From an uncultured Thermoleophilia bacterium (lineage in GTDB: Bacteria > Actinomycetota > Thermoleophilia > UBA2241), in contig CAVPCT010000005.1 of assembly GCA_963702475.1 (NCBI GenBank), positions 480,001 through 544,000 on the forward strand: a stretch of 64,000 bases of DNA. Reading direction: 5' to 3'. Numbering within the stretch: position 1 is the stretch's first letter; the number at the start of each line of letters is the position of its first letter. The notes below the pieces were generated by a model. That model worked only from the letters and a program-made list of their open reading frames with translations. It was not told the DNA's origin and did not search any database. The position numbers and the translations under genes are program-made. Below are positions 54,705-64,000 of the stretch, in pieces.

Positions 54705-55862
54705 TCAGAGGGCGCGCAGCGCCACTGTCGGGTCGAGCTTGCCGGCGTGGAGCGCCGGATACAGGGAGGCAAGGGCGCCGAGGGCGACGGCCATGGCGAT
54801 GGCCGCGACGCCCAGCAGCGGCGTCCACACCACTCCGGCGGCGCCGGCCAGGAGCGGGAGGACGGCGTACGTGATCCCCATGCCGGTCGCGTAGCCGAGC
54901 ACGCCGGCCACGGAGCTGGCGACGACCGCCTCGATCAGGATGATGCGGCTGATGTGCACCCGCCGGAAGCCGATGGCCCGGAACACGCCGATCTCGTGGG
55001 TGCGCTCCGCCACCGAGCCCATGACCGTCAGGAAGATCACGAGCGCCTCGATGGCGACCACGACGCCGACGATCGCGTAGCTGAACCTCCGGAACTGTTC
55101 CACAGCGTGCTCGCGGCTCTTGACCGCCTCCTGCAGGGCCGTCACCTCGACGTCGGGCAGCGCGCGGGCGATCTCGCCGGCGATGCGGTCCACGGGCGCG
55201 CCGGCGTACAGCGCCGCCACCTCGACCAGGGACACCTCGCCGGGCCTGTCCAGCACCCGCTGCACGGCGCCCAAGTCGGCGATCAGCAGTTCATCGTCCT
55301 GCCGGCCGGTGGGGCGCAGCACGCCCGTCACGGTGAACCGCCGGCCGGCGAGGCGCACGTAGTCGCCCATCTCGAGGCCGAGCACCTCGGCGGCCTTCGC
55401 GCCCGCGACCAGCTCGCGATCGCTCGCCGGCGGCCGGCCGGCGCCCACCGACCACCAGCGGTTCAGCTTGAACTGCTCCCGAGGCTCCACGCCCAGGAGC
55501 AGTGTGCGCCTCCCCTTCACGCGGACGACGCCGACCAGCTCCGGCGCGACGACGTCCACGTCTGCGCGGCTGGGGATGGAGTCGAGGCGGGCGAGGTCCT
55601 GCTCGGGGATCGACTGCTGGCCCACGGAGAGCCCGCCGGCCGAGATGCCGCCGTAACTCAGCGCCACGTCGTCGGAGCGCGGCGTGATGACGATGTTGGC
55701 GCCGAGGCTCTCCAGGTTGGCCTTCGTCTCTCCCGCCATGGACCGCGTGAGCGAGAGGAGCGCGACCACGGTGCTCACGCCGATGAGCAATGCCACGACG
55801 AGGAAGGCGGCGCGGGCCTTGCGGCGACGCAGGTTGCCGAGGGCGACGGTGAACAGAGTCAC
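54705..55862 (-). CDS. FtsX/MacB-type ABC permease
   Basis: NLRRRKAR, GANIVITP, ERTHEIGVFRAIG, LDPTVALR. Confidence 0.9.
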   Translation of the reverse strand: MTLFTVALGNLRRRKARAAFLVVALLIGVSTVVALLSLTRSMAGETKANLESLGANIVITPRSDDVALSYGGISAGGLSVGQQSIPEQDLARLDSIPSRADVDVVAPELVGVVRVKGRRTLLLGVEPREQFKLNRWWSVGAGRPPASDRELVAGAKAAEVLGLEMGDYVRLAGRRFTVTGVLRPTGRQDDELLIADLGAVQRVLDRPGEVSLVEVAALYAGAPVDRIAGEIARALPDVEVTALQEAVKSREHAVEQFRRFSYAIVGVVVAIEALVIFLTVMGSVAERTHEIGVFRAIGFRRVHISRIILIEAVVASSVAGVLGYATGMGITYAVLPLLAGAAGVVWTPLLGVAAIAMAVALGALASLYPALHAGKLDPTVALRAL

Positions 55863-55875
55863 GACGGGGTCCCGT

Positions 55876-57032
55876 TCACAGGGCGCGGAGCGCGACGGTG
55901 GGATCCATGCGACTGGCGTGCAGCGCCGGGGGGAGCGAGGCCAGGGCGCCGATCGCCACGGCGAGGCCCACGGCCCCGCCGGCGAGGGCCGGCGCCCACT
56001 CGACGGCCACCCCCTGAGCGCCGAGAAGCGGCAGCAGCAGGTGGCTCACGCCCATGCCGGCGAGATAGCCGAGGGCGCCGGCGAGCAGGCTCGCGGCCGA
56101 CGCCTCCATGAGGATGAGGCCCGTCACGTGCCGGCGGCGAAAGCCCAGAGCGCGCAGGACACCGATCTCCCGCGTACGGGCGTTGACCGCGCCCATCATG
56201 GTCACGAACACGACCAGGGCCTCGATGACCACGATCACCCCGGCCACGATCCAGCTGAACGCGCGGAACCGGTCGATGGCGTGCATGTTGTTCTTCACCT
56301 TGTCCTGCAGGGCGGTGACGCGGGTCCCGGGAAGGACACCGCCGACCTGGCGCACGATCTCCTCCACGGGGCAGTTGCTGCAGAGCGCGGCGATCTGGAC
56401 CAGAGAGACCTTGCCCGGCCTGCCCAGAAGCGACTGCGCCGTGCCCAGCTCGGCGATGAGCAGGTCGTCGTCCTGGGAGCCCGTCGGGCGCAGGACCCCG
56501 GTGACGGTGAGCTCGCGGCCGCCCACGGTGACGCGGTCGCCGGTACGCAGGCCGAGGACCTCGGCGGCCGTCGCACCGGCGACCAGCTCCCGGTCGCCCT
56601 TCGGCGGCCGCCCGTCGAGGCTCCACCACTTCTTGAGCGCGAACTCCTCCTTCGGCTGGACGCCCATGAGCAGCGCCCGCCTGCCCTCGACGCTCACCGT
56701 GCCGAGGAGCTCCGGTGCGATGATGGCGATGTTGGCGCGGTTGGGGATGGAGTCGAGGCGCGAGAGGCCGGCCTCGCGGATCTCGCGCGACCCGACCGCC
56801 ACATCGGCCACCGACACGCCGCCGTACAGAGGGAGAGACCCTCGCTGCGCGGCGCCACGAGGATGTTGGCGCCGTACGTCTCGAGATTGTTCTGGGCCTG
56901 CTCCGTGAGAGCCGCACTCAGGGTGAGCAGCGCCACCACCGTGCCGATGCCCACGAGCAGGCCGGCGACAAGAAAGGCGGCCCGGGACGTGCGACGCCGC
57001 AGGCTGCGAAACGCCACCGTGCTCAGCCTCAC
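55876..57032 (-). CDS. FtsX/MacB-type ABC permease paralog; indel near 56828
   Basis: YGANILVAP joined across a frameshift to YGGVSV...; ALCSNCP; REIGVLRALG. Confidence 0.85.
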
Positions 57033-57109
57033 GACCGGTCCTCCCTCGGGCGCGTGCGCGTCTGGCTCATGCCGCGTTCAGGATCCCGGGCGCCGAAGGC
57101 CTCGCCGGC

Positions 57110-57688
57110 TCAGAAGTACTGCGCGCCGGCCTGAAGGCTGTCGACGGTGATCGTCAGGGTCTCGCCCTGCACGCTGCGCTTCAGCGGGATGGGGTTGCAG
57201 CCGCCGGTGACGACGTTGATCTCCTTGGCCGGAAAGACCTGGCCGCAGTTGTTGCAGACCATGGAGTCACCCTCCTGGCTGTACCCCTTCTTCTGCGCGT
57301 AACACACCTCGCAGGCGTCGAGGGCGGCGCGCACCTTGCCGGTGCTGTCGGACAGCACGAAGTACTTGACCGTGGTGCCGCCGGCGTCGTAGGTGAAGAA
57401 GTGGGCCTTGCCGTCGTTCACCGACGCCACGGGCATGATCACGTCGGCGCCCGGTGCGGTCGCGACCGTCGCCGTCGCGGTCTCACCGCCGCCGCGGTTG
57501 GAGACGACGACGAACGCCACCACAGCGACGACCACGAGGGCGCCGATGGCCGCGGCAACGTGCAGGCCGGTGCGCGACTTCGGCGCCTCGAACTGGGCAC
57601 GCTTCTCCTCGCGCCGCTGCTGCTGGTCGTCGCGACGGGCGCTCTGCTGATGGCCGGTGCTCCGGCCGCGATTGCGGGACGTGCTCAC
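57110..57688 (-). CDS. DUF2318 Fe-S-containing membrane protein
   Basis: DACEVC, GY...VCNNC, GGCNPIPL; AAGGAGG RBS. Confidence 0.88.
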   Translation of the reverse strand: MSTSRNRGRSTGHQQSARRDDQQQRREEKRAQFEAPKSRTGLHVAAAIGALVVVAVVAFVVVSNRGGGETATATVATAPGADVIMPVASVNDGKAHFFTYDAGGTTVKYFVLSDSTGKVRAALDACEVCYAQKKGYSQEGDSMVCNNCGQVFPAKEINVVTGGCNPIPLKRSVQGETLTITVDSLQAGAQYF

Positions 57689-57761
57689 GTGGTGACCTCC
57701 TTGACGGGCGGGCCGCGCCGCGCCGGCGGGTTCTCGGGTGTGGGCATGGTAGAGGGTCCGG

Positions 57762-57777
57762 ATGAAGAAGGTGTGTA
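57762..57777 (-). promoter_or_regulatory. OmpR/PhoB-type direct repeat before the DUF2318 operon
   Basis: TACAC-N6-TTCAT, 10 nt upstream of -10 TACCAT. Confidence 0.55.
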
Positions 57778-57874
57778 GGGCCGCGGCGTCGATCGCTCGG
57801 CGCCATCCCGTTCGTCCCGGCGCTGCACTACAATGCCGCCAAGAGATCGAGGACCTGACCATGGGAGGCTACTG

Positions 57875-58174
57875 GTGAGCCTGCGCATAGCTGTCGACCA
57901 CGAACGCATCGCCGACTTCTGCCGGCGCAACCACATCGTCAGCCTCTCGTTCTTCGGTTCCGTGCTGCGCGACGACTTCGGCCCTGACAGCGACGTCGAC
58001 GTCCTGGTCGAGTTCGAACCCGGCAGCATGCCGAGCCTGTTCGGGCTGGTCCGCATGCAGCGCGAACTCAGCGAGATCGTCGAACGGCAAGTCGACTTCA
58101 AGACGCCGGGGTTCCTGAGCCGGTACGTCAGAGACCGGGTACTCGCCGAAGCGCTTGAGGAGTATGTCGCCTGA
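57875..58174 (+). CDS. Minimal nucleotidyltransferase antitoxin (MntA-like)
   Basis: FGSVLRDDFGPDSDVDVLV (GSx10DxD). Confidence 0.9.
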   Translation: MSLRIAVDHERIADFCRRNHIVSLSFFGSVLRDDFGPDSDVDVLVEFEPGSMPSLFGLVRMQRELSEIVERQVDFKTPGFLSRYVRDRVLAEALEEYVA

Positions 58175-58517
58175 CGACGACATCACGCGTCTCAGGCACA
58201 TCCTTGACGCGGCGGAGAGAGCGACCAGGATCCTCGGAGGACGCTCGCTGGAAGAGCTCGCGCTCCACCAGAGTGATGACCTGGCACTGGAGCGACTGCT
58301 CGAGATCATCGGTGAGGCGGCCAACCGCGTGAGCCCCTCCACGATGACGCAGCTTGCAGACCTGCCGTGGCGCGACCTCATCGACGTGCGCAACGTCATC
58401 ATCCATGCCTACCTCGATGTGGAACTTGAGACGGTCTGGCGCACAGTCGTCGAGGATCTGCCCTCGCTTGTCGACACCCTGGAACGCTTCCTGAGAACGG
58501 TCGATCCGCCGGACTGA
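58164..58517 (+). CDS. HEPN/DUF86 RNase toxin (HepT-like)
   Basis: LEIIGEAA, PWR, RNVIIHAY (Rx4HxY). Confidence 0.9.
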   Translation: MSPDDDITRLRHILDAAERATRILGGRSLEELALHQSDDLALERLLEIIGEAANRVSPSTMTQLADLPWRDLIDVRNVIIHAYLDVELETVWRTVVEDLPSLVDTLERFLRTVDPPD

Positions 58518-58546
58518 CGGCGCCCCGGCACGAGGAATCTCCGGCC

Positions 58547-59146
58547 CTACCCCACGCGCAGGCGTTTGAGCAGCAGCGCGTTCAGCGCGACGATGACGCT
58601 CGAGCCGGACATCGAGATGGCGGCGATCTCCGGCCGCAGCGTGAGACCGAGCGGGGCGAAGACGCCGGCGGCGATGGGCAGGGCGATGGCGTTGTAGCCG
58701 ATCGCCCAGCCGAGGTTCTGGCGCATCTTGCGCAGCGTGCCGCGGCTGATGTCGATCGCGCGCACGACGTCCTCGGGGTCGGAGCGCATCAGCACCACGT
58801 CGGCCGTCTCGACGGCGACGTCGGTGCCGGCGCCGATGGCGATGCCGACGTCCGCCTGTGCGAGCGCGGGCGCGTCGTTGACGCCGTCCCCCACCATGGC
58901 CACACGGCGGCCTTGGCGTTGGAGCGCCTCGATCTCCGCGGCCTTGCCCCCGGGCAGCACGCCGGCCCGGACCTCGTCGATGCCGAGCTCCGCCGCGATG
59001 CGGCCCAGCACGAGCTCCATCACCGCCTCCTCGCTTGCCCATCCCAGTCCACGGACGTCGAGGACGGCGACGACGTCCCGCGCGGAGACCGGCGTCGCCC
59101 CGCCGGGAGTCGATCGATCGTCGTGTGGACCCGAGCCCGTCGTCAT
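58547..59146 (-). pseudogene. Heavy-metal P1B ATPase with a large in-frame internal deletion
   Basis: A partial N-terminal HMA-like segment joins directly to [23 protein letters not shown] and the last two TMs. No DKTGT, TGES or CPx motif. Confidence 0.8.
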
Positions 59147-59325
59147 GGTCCCGCCTCCACCAGTCAAAGAGGGTTGGAACAGTCCCTTCTTCCCGCGCGG
59201 CGTGAAGAGCGGATGAAGCAACCGTTGGCGCAGGCGCCCGGACGCGGTCCCGAACGCAGTGACGCCCGCCCGCCGCACGGAGCGGCGAGCGGGCGTCTCG
59301 TCAACGCGCGTCTACCTGCCGGAAT

Positions 59326-59523
59326 TCAGTGATGCTCCCAGCCGGAGAAGCCGAAGTGCATGCCCGGGTTCATATCGGCGCCCAGCATGTTGGCCCGGGC
59401 CATCTCCGCGTGGTGCTGGCCGAACTCCCGGCCGGCGCCGCCCGAGGCGTTCGCGGCAAGGGCGCCGGCGGGGACGAGCAGCAGGGCGAACAGGCCGACG
59501 AGGGTGACGATGATGGTCTTCAC
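59326..59523 (-). CDS. Small secreted His/Met-rich protein
   Basis: AGGAG RBS, signal peptide ending ALA-A; mature part FGQHHAEMARANM..MNPGMH...WEHH. Confidence 0.75.
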   Translation of the reverse strand: MKTIIVTLVGLFALLLVPAGALAANASGGAGREFGQHHAEMARANMLGADMNPGMHFGFSGWEHH

Positions 59524-59604
59524 GTGTACTCCTGACGACGTGGGTCTCGGGTCGCGGTAGTTGGGGCCACGACCAGCGTGCACACAGCAAGGTAGCCGGC
59601 CGCC

Positions 59605-59649
59605 GTGGAGATTCCGTGAAGGCCCAGGGATCCTTCACGACGCGTTCAC
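59605..59649. promoter_or_regulatory. Divergent pair of OmpR-type direct repeats
   Basis: Minus strand TTCAC-N6-TCCAC (59605-59620) and plus strand TTCAC-N6-TTCAC (59634-59649); each is 10 nt from a -10 (TACCTT, CATGCT). Confidence 0.6.
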
Positions 59650-59728
59650 ACCCGGGGGGCATGCTGCACCTGAAGCCAACGAGAGGCGGTTCGGTCCCAT
59701 GGCCGGCGCCGCCGGAGAGGAGTACGTG

Positions 59729-59983
59729 ATGGGTTTCCTCGACATGATGTCTGGGTGGGGCGGAGCAGGGTCCGGCTGGGTCATGTATCTGGGGATGATC
59801 GCGCTCTGGGCTGGGGTCGTCGCCCTCATCGTCTTGACCATGAAGGCTGCGGCAGGGCCGCACGCGACGCAGGCGACCCCGTCGCAGACACAGATCGGCG
59901 CCATCGACATCCTGAAGCGCCGCTACGCAGCCGGCGAGATCGACGCCGCCGAGTTCGAGCAGATGAAGGGTGACCTTGCCTGA
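59729..59983 (+). CDS. SHOCT-domain membrane protein
   Basis: One TM, then AIDILKRRYAAGEIDAAEFEQMK. Confidence 0.85.
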   Translation: MGFLDMMSGWGGAGSGWVMYLGMIALWAGVVALIVLTMKAAAGPHATQATPSQTQIGAIDILKRRYAAGEIDAAEFEQMKGDLA

Positions 59984-61569
59984 GAACCCGGCATGGGGTG
60001 GCCTGACCCGCCGCGAGCTCCTCAAAGTCGGGGCGCTCGGCGTCGCCGGCGGCGCGCTCACGCTCTCGGGGCTGGCCAGGATGGCCGCCGATGCGAACCA
60101 GGCGGATGCCGCGGTCGGCATCGCCTCCCGTGGTGCCCGCCTGGCCGACCCCCGCGAGCTCGCCCTGATTCCGCGAGCGCGCGGTGTGCGCGAGGGCAGC
60201 CTCGTCGTCGCCGAGAGCGATGTGCCGCTTGCCGGCACGTCGGCGCACCTGTCCGCCTACAACGGTCGGGTGCCAGGTCCCCTCGTGCGCGTGCGCAGCG
60301 GCGACAAGATGCGGCTGCGCGTGACCAACGACCTGGTGCCAGGTGGCGCCAACGGCCTCGGCGTCCAGCGCGGCGCGACCAACCTGCACACTCACGGCTG
60401 GCACGTCTCGCCGTCCGACCCGGCCGACAACACGATGCGGAGCCTCGAGCCCGGCGACTCGTGGACGTACGAGTACGACCTCACTCATCAACCGGCCGGC
60501 AGCATGGGGTGGTACCACCCGCACGTCCACGGACTGGTCGCCGAGCAACTGTGGGCAGGGCTCGCAGGACCGCTCGTGGTCGACGACCCCGACGACACCC
60601 TCGGCTCGTTCGAGACACACGTGCTCGTCCTCAAGGACTTCGGGATCTCGGGTGGGCGCCCCGCGCCCTACTCGTCGCCCATGGACTTCATGCTCGGCAA
60701 GATCGGCCCGGTGGTCACCGTGAACGGGCAGGTCGATCCTCGCATCGACGCGAGACCCGGCAGCGTACAACGCTGGCGTCTGCTCAACGCGAGCACGGCC
60801 CGGTTCTACCGCCTGGCTCTGGAGCGGCACGAGCTCTGGGTGATCGGCACGGACGGCGGCCTGCTCGACAAGCCGTACGCGGTGCGGGAGCTGCTCCTGT
60901 CGCCGGGCGAGCGCGCGGATGTCCTCGTCAAGGTCGCGAAGACGAACGCCACGTGTCGGCTGCTCGCCCTGCCGTACTCCCGCGGCTCGATGATGGGGGG
61001 CATGATGGGCGGGGGCATGATGGGCGGGGGCGCGACACCGCAGGCGAACATCCTCACACTCCGCAGCTCGGGCCGCGGCGCAGGGATGTCGTTGCCTGCG
61101 GTCATCGACCCCGCTGCGCGACGCGTGGACCCGCAGTTGGGCGCCGCGGTCCGCCGTAGCTTCGTGCTCGGCATGGGGATGGGCGGTATGGGCATGGGAG
61201 GCATGGCCGTGCAGGGGACCATCAACGGCCAGAGCTTCGACGTCGACCCCCTGGTCTGTACGCTCAGCGCTCCCCGCCTCAGGCGAAGCGTGGGAACTCT
61301 GGACGATCGACAACCCCACGGGCATGGACCATCCCTGGCACCAGCACACCAACCACGCCCAGGTGGTGTCGATCAGCGGCGGAGATGCGGGATACGCCGC
61401 CCTGTACACGCGGGCGCCGGCCTGGAAGGACACGGTCATCGTGCCGCGCGGCGGCAGCGTGACGCAACTTGTCCGCATCAGCGACTGGCGCGGCACGGCC
61501 ATGTTCCACTGCCACATCGTGGAGCACGAGGACATCGGCATGCTCGGGCTGTGGGAGATCGCCTCATGA
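59970..61569 (+). CDS. Tat-exported multicopper oxidase with Met/Gly-rich loops; indel near 61281
   Basis: TRRELLK Tat signal; HTHG, WYHPH, HPWHQH, HCHIVEHEDIGM. Confidence 0.9.
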
Positions 61570-61833
61570 TGTCGTGGAACGGAGATGGCGTGTGGGGTCA
61601 GCCGCCGGTCTGGGGCGTCGGCGGCTGGCTCCTGTTCTTCGGTCTGCTCCTGCTCGGCGCCGCGGTCGTCCTGCTCGTGAGCTACGTGGTGCGGGCCGGA
61701 GCGGCGCGGCGCCGGACGGGATCATCACGCGCGGCGGCCAGGTGAGACCGCGCAGGACATCCTGCGACGTCGCTACGCGAGCGGTCTGATCGAGCGCGAC
61801 GACTACCTCCGGAGACTCGAGGATCTACACTGA
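61566..61833 (+). CDS. SHOCT-domain membrane protein; indel near 61740
   Basis: One TM, then (after the shift) AQDILRRRYASGLIERDDY. Confidence 0.7.
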
Positions 61834-61936
61834 GCGCGACGGTCTGCTGAAGGCCGGCGCAACGGACTCCCGCCGAACATCTGTCCGGATCGGCACTACA
61901 GTGGTGATTCAGTCCGCACCCCAGGAGGGCTCATCC

Positions 61937-62302
61937 ATGCCTCTCGACTTCGAGTGCTACGCAGAGCTGGTCGGCACCGACACGGCCGTCGTCACCGTTC
62001 AGGGCGAGCTGGACGTGTTCACGGCCGAGCGACTCGGTGACGTCCTGAAGGAGGTCGGATCGTGGCGCGTGGGCCGACGCCTCGTGATCGACCTGACGGC
62101 CTGCAGCTTCATGGACTCGACCGGGCTCGCCGTGCTGGTGGCCGCGAAGCATCGCCAGGACGACGCACCGCTCCACGTCGCGGCACATGTCGGCGCGCTC
62201 AGGGTCCTGACCATCTCCGATCTCGACAAGGTCCTGCAGGTCTACCGCTCGCGGGAGGAGGCGCTCGCGGCACTCGGGGAGATGGACCAGCCCACGGCCT
62301 GA
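61937..62302 (+). CDS. STAS-domain anti-sigma factor antagonist
   Basis: GELDVFTA, DLTACSFMDSTGL (phosphorylatable Ser). Confidence 0.88.
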   Translation: MPLDFECYAELVGTDTAVVTVQGELDVFTAERLGDVLKEVGSWRVGRRLVIDLTACSFMDSTGLAVLVAAKHRQDDAPLHVAAHVGALRVLTISDLDKVLQVYRSREEALAALGEMDQPTA

Positions 62303-62664
62303 AGACAGGCGGCCCCGCCATGCCGACTCGATCCAACGGAGATGATCCATGGCCTGCTTGGAGCGACGGTCGTGAAGGGTGCGTCGCTGTTCTTGCCATC
62401 ACATCGGCCCTGACGAGTTCGCGCTCGTGGCTGACAGGACCGACTACGCCAAGTCATCTCGGGGGTCATGAGACAAGCGAGCTCGGCCGAAGCCGCCCCC
62501 TCACCCTGAGTCTCGCGCCTGCCCATGCCGGCTCTCCCTCGGTCCACGGACCGTGCCTGGCTTCGGGCGCGTGCACGCGGACTGCGGTCACGGGACTTCG
62601 CCCTATCGGTGTACGGGCATCGGGGTACAGTTCCCGGAGTAGCGGCCGACGCGGAGGTGGCGCA

Positions 62665-63361
62665 GTGGCTCAGCAGAAGATCGTGGTCATCGACGACGAG
62701 GAGTCGGTGCGCGAGGTCGTGCGCGCCTACCTGGAGAAGGACGGGTTCCACGTGTTCACCGCCGTCGACGGCCGCGAAGGGCTGGCGCTCACCGAGCGCC
62801 ACCAGCCCGACCTCATCGTGCTCGACCTCATGCTCCCCGACCTCTCCGGCGAAGAGGTGTGCCAGGAGGTCCGCAGCCGCTCTGACGTGCCCATCGTCAT
62901 GCTCACAGCCAAGGCCAGCGAGGACGAGCGCATCGCCGGGCTCGTCGCCGGGGCCGACGACTACCTCGTGAAGCCGTTCAGCCCGCGAGAGCTGGTGGCG
63001 CGCGTGCACGCCGTGCTGCGTCGTACCGGCGGCGTGGAGCAGCCCCTCGTGCAGGTGCTCCGCTTCGACGAGGGGCGGCTGGAGATCGACAGCGTGCAGG
63101 CACGAGGTCCGTCGCGACGGCGAGCCGGTCGATCTCACGCCCAACGAGTTCAAGCTCCTCACGGCGCTGGCCACGTACCCCGGCCGCGCCTACTCGCGCT
63201 ACGAGCTCATCGACCGGGTGATGGGCTACGACTTCGACGGCGACGAGCGCACCATCGACGTGCACGTCAAGAACCTGCGCAAGAAGCTCGAGCCGGAGCC
63301 CAGGCGCCCGCGCTACATCGAGACGGTGACCGGCATCGGCTACCGGCTCGCCAAGTTGTGA
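62665..63361 (+). CDS. OmpR-family response regulator; indel near 63100
   Basis: IDDE, LDLMLP, MLTAK, ADDYLVKPF; then LTPNEF, RTIDVHVKNLRKK, GIGY. Confidence 0.9.
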
Positions 63362-63369
63362 GGTAGCGC

Positions 63370-64000
63370 GTGCGCTGGGGACTGTTCCCTCGTTTGGTCG
63401 TCGCGTTCATGGCGGTGGCGCTGCTGGGCGCCGCCATCACGACCGTCTACTCCAACCTCAGCCTGACGTCGCAACTCGAGACCACCGCCGAGGCGCGCAT
63501 CGCCAATTCGGCCATGCACTTCGGCGACGTGGCAGCGGTGCTCTCGACGAACGGGCGCTGGAGCAGGCAAAGCATCGAGACCATGCACCACCTGGCCCAG
63601 ATCGACTTCCTGGCCGTCCGGGTCTACGACTCCGACGGAGGACTTGTGTTCGAGCACCCGACCTCCGCGCCGGTGGAGCCCGGGGCCGCCGCGAGCGCGC
63701 CGATCATGGCGGGCGACGAACCGATCGGCAGGGTCACGGTGAGCCGCGACGACGGACAGCTGTTCTCCGTGGAGGAGATCGAGCTGCGCAGCCGCCTGGT
63801 GCGCGAGAACGTCCTGGCCGGCGCTGTCTCCGTCGCCGTCGCGCTCGCCGTGGCGCTGTATCTGGCGGTGACCCTGTCCAAACCGCTGCGGCGCATCCGC
63901 GCCGGCGCCGAAGCGATGGGCGCCGGCGACCTGCAGGCGCGCGTGCCGGAGAGCGGCGACGCCGAGATCCGCGCCGTGGCCGAGGCCCTCAACGGGCTCG
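63370..64000 (+). CDS. Sensor histidine kinase (TM-sensor-TM-HAMP); runs off the window end
   Basis: Manual translation: TM, extracellular domain, TM, LSKPLRRIRAGAEAMGAGDL...EIRAVAEALN (HAMP). Confidence 0.85.
   Translation, partial: MRWGLFPRLVVAFMAVALLGAAITTVYSNLSLTSQLETTAEARIANSAMHFGDVAAVLSTNGRWSRQSIETMHHLAQIDFLAVRVYDSDGGLVFEHPTSAPVEPGAAASAPIMAGDEPIGRVTVSRDDGQLFSVEEIELRSRLVRENVLAGAVSVAVALAVALYLAVTLSKPLRRIRAGAEAMGAGDLQARVPESGDAEIRAVAEALNGL

Noticed and set aside
60985-61210. ATGGGC-type short tandem repeats
   Set aside because: They encode Met/Gly-rich copper-binding loops of the multicopper oxidase; not a DNA repeat element.

Overview
High-GC window, probably from an anaerobic deep-branching actinomycete such as Thermoleophilia (inferred from GC content, leaderless promoters and gene content). 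From left to right it contains: the right end of an island marked by a displaced tRNA-Ser(CGA) 3' fragment; secreted proteins, a possible FmdB selenoprotein and ppk2; cysH-cysD-cysN; ada; a radical-SAM pair; a cold-shock gene; tRNA-Val; acs with a Pat-type acetyltransferase; an IS1634-like remnant; a large Alu-domain SRP RNA; and dnaX-ybaB-recR. The most notable system follows at 34.5-42.6 kb: porC-porD-porA, then HydC/HydB-like (BfuC/BfuB) subunits, then a 1059-aa fusion of a HydA/NuoG-type Fe-S arm, a GltD/NfnB-like flavodomain and PorB. This suggests a hard-wired electron-bifurcating 2-oxoacid oxidoreductase. After it come paaK with liv ABC genes, a TrxR-type FNR and a copper/metal region (DUF2318-ABC, HEPN-MNT, a deleted P-type ATPase, multicopper oxidase, a two-component system) that shares an 11-bp-periodic operator. 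About seven single-base indels look like sequencing errors. All calls come from motif recognition by eye; no database searches were run.
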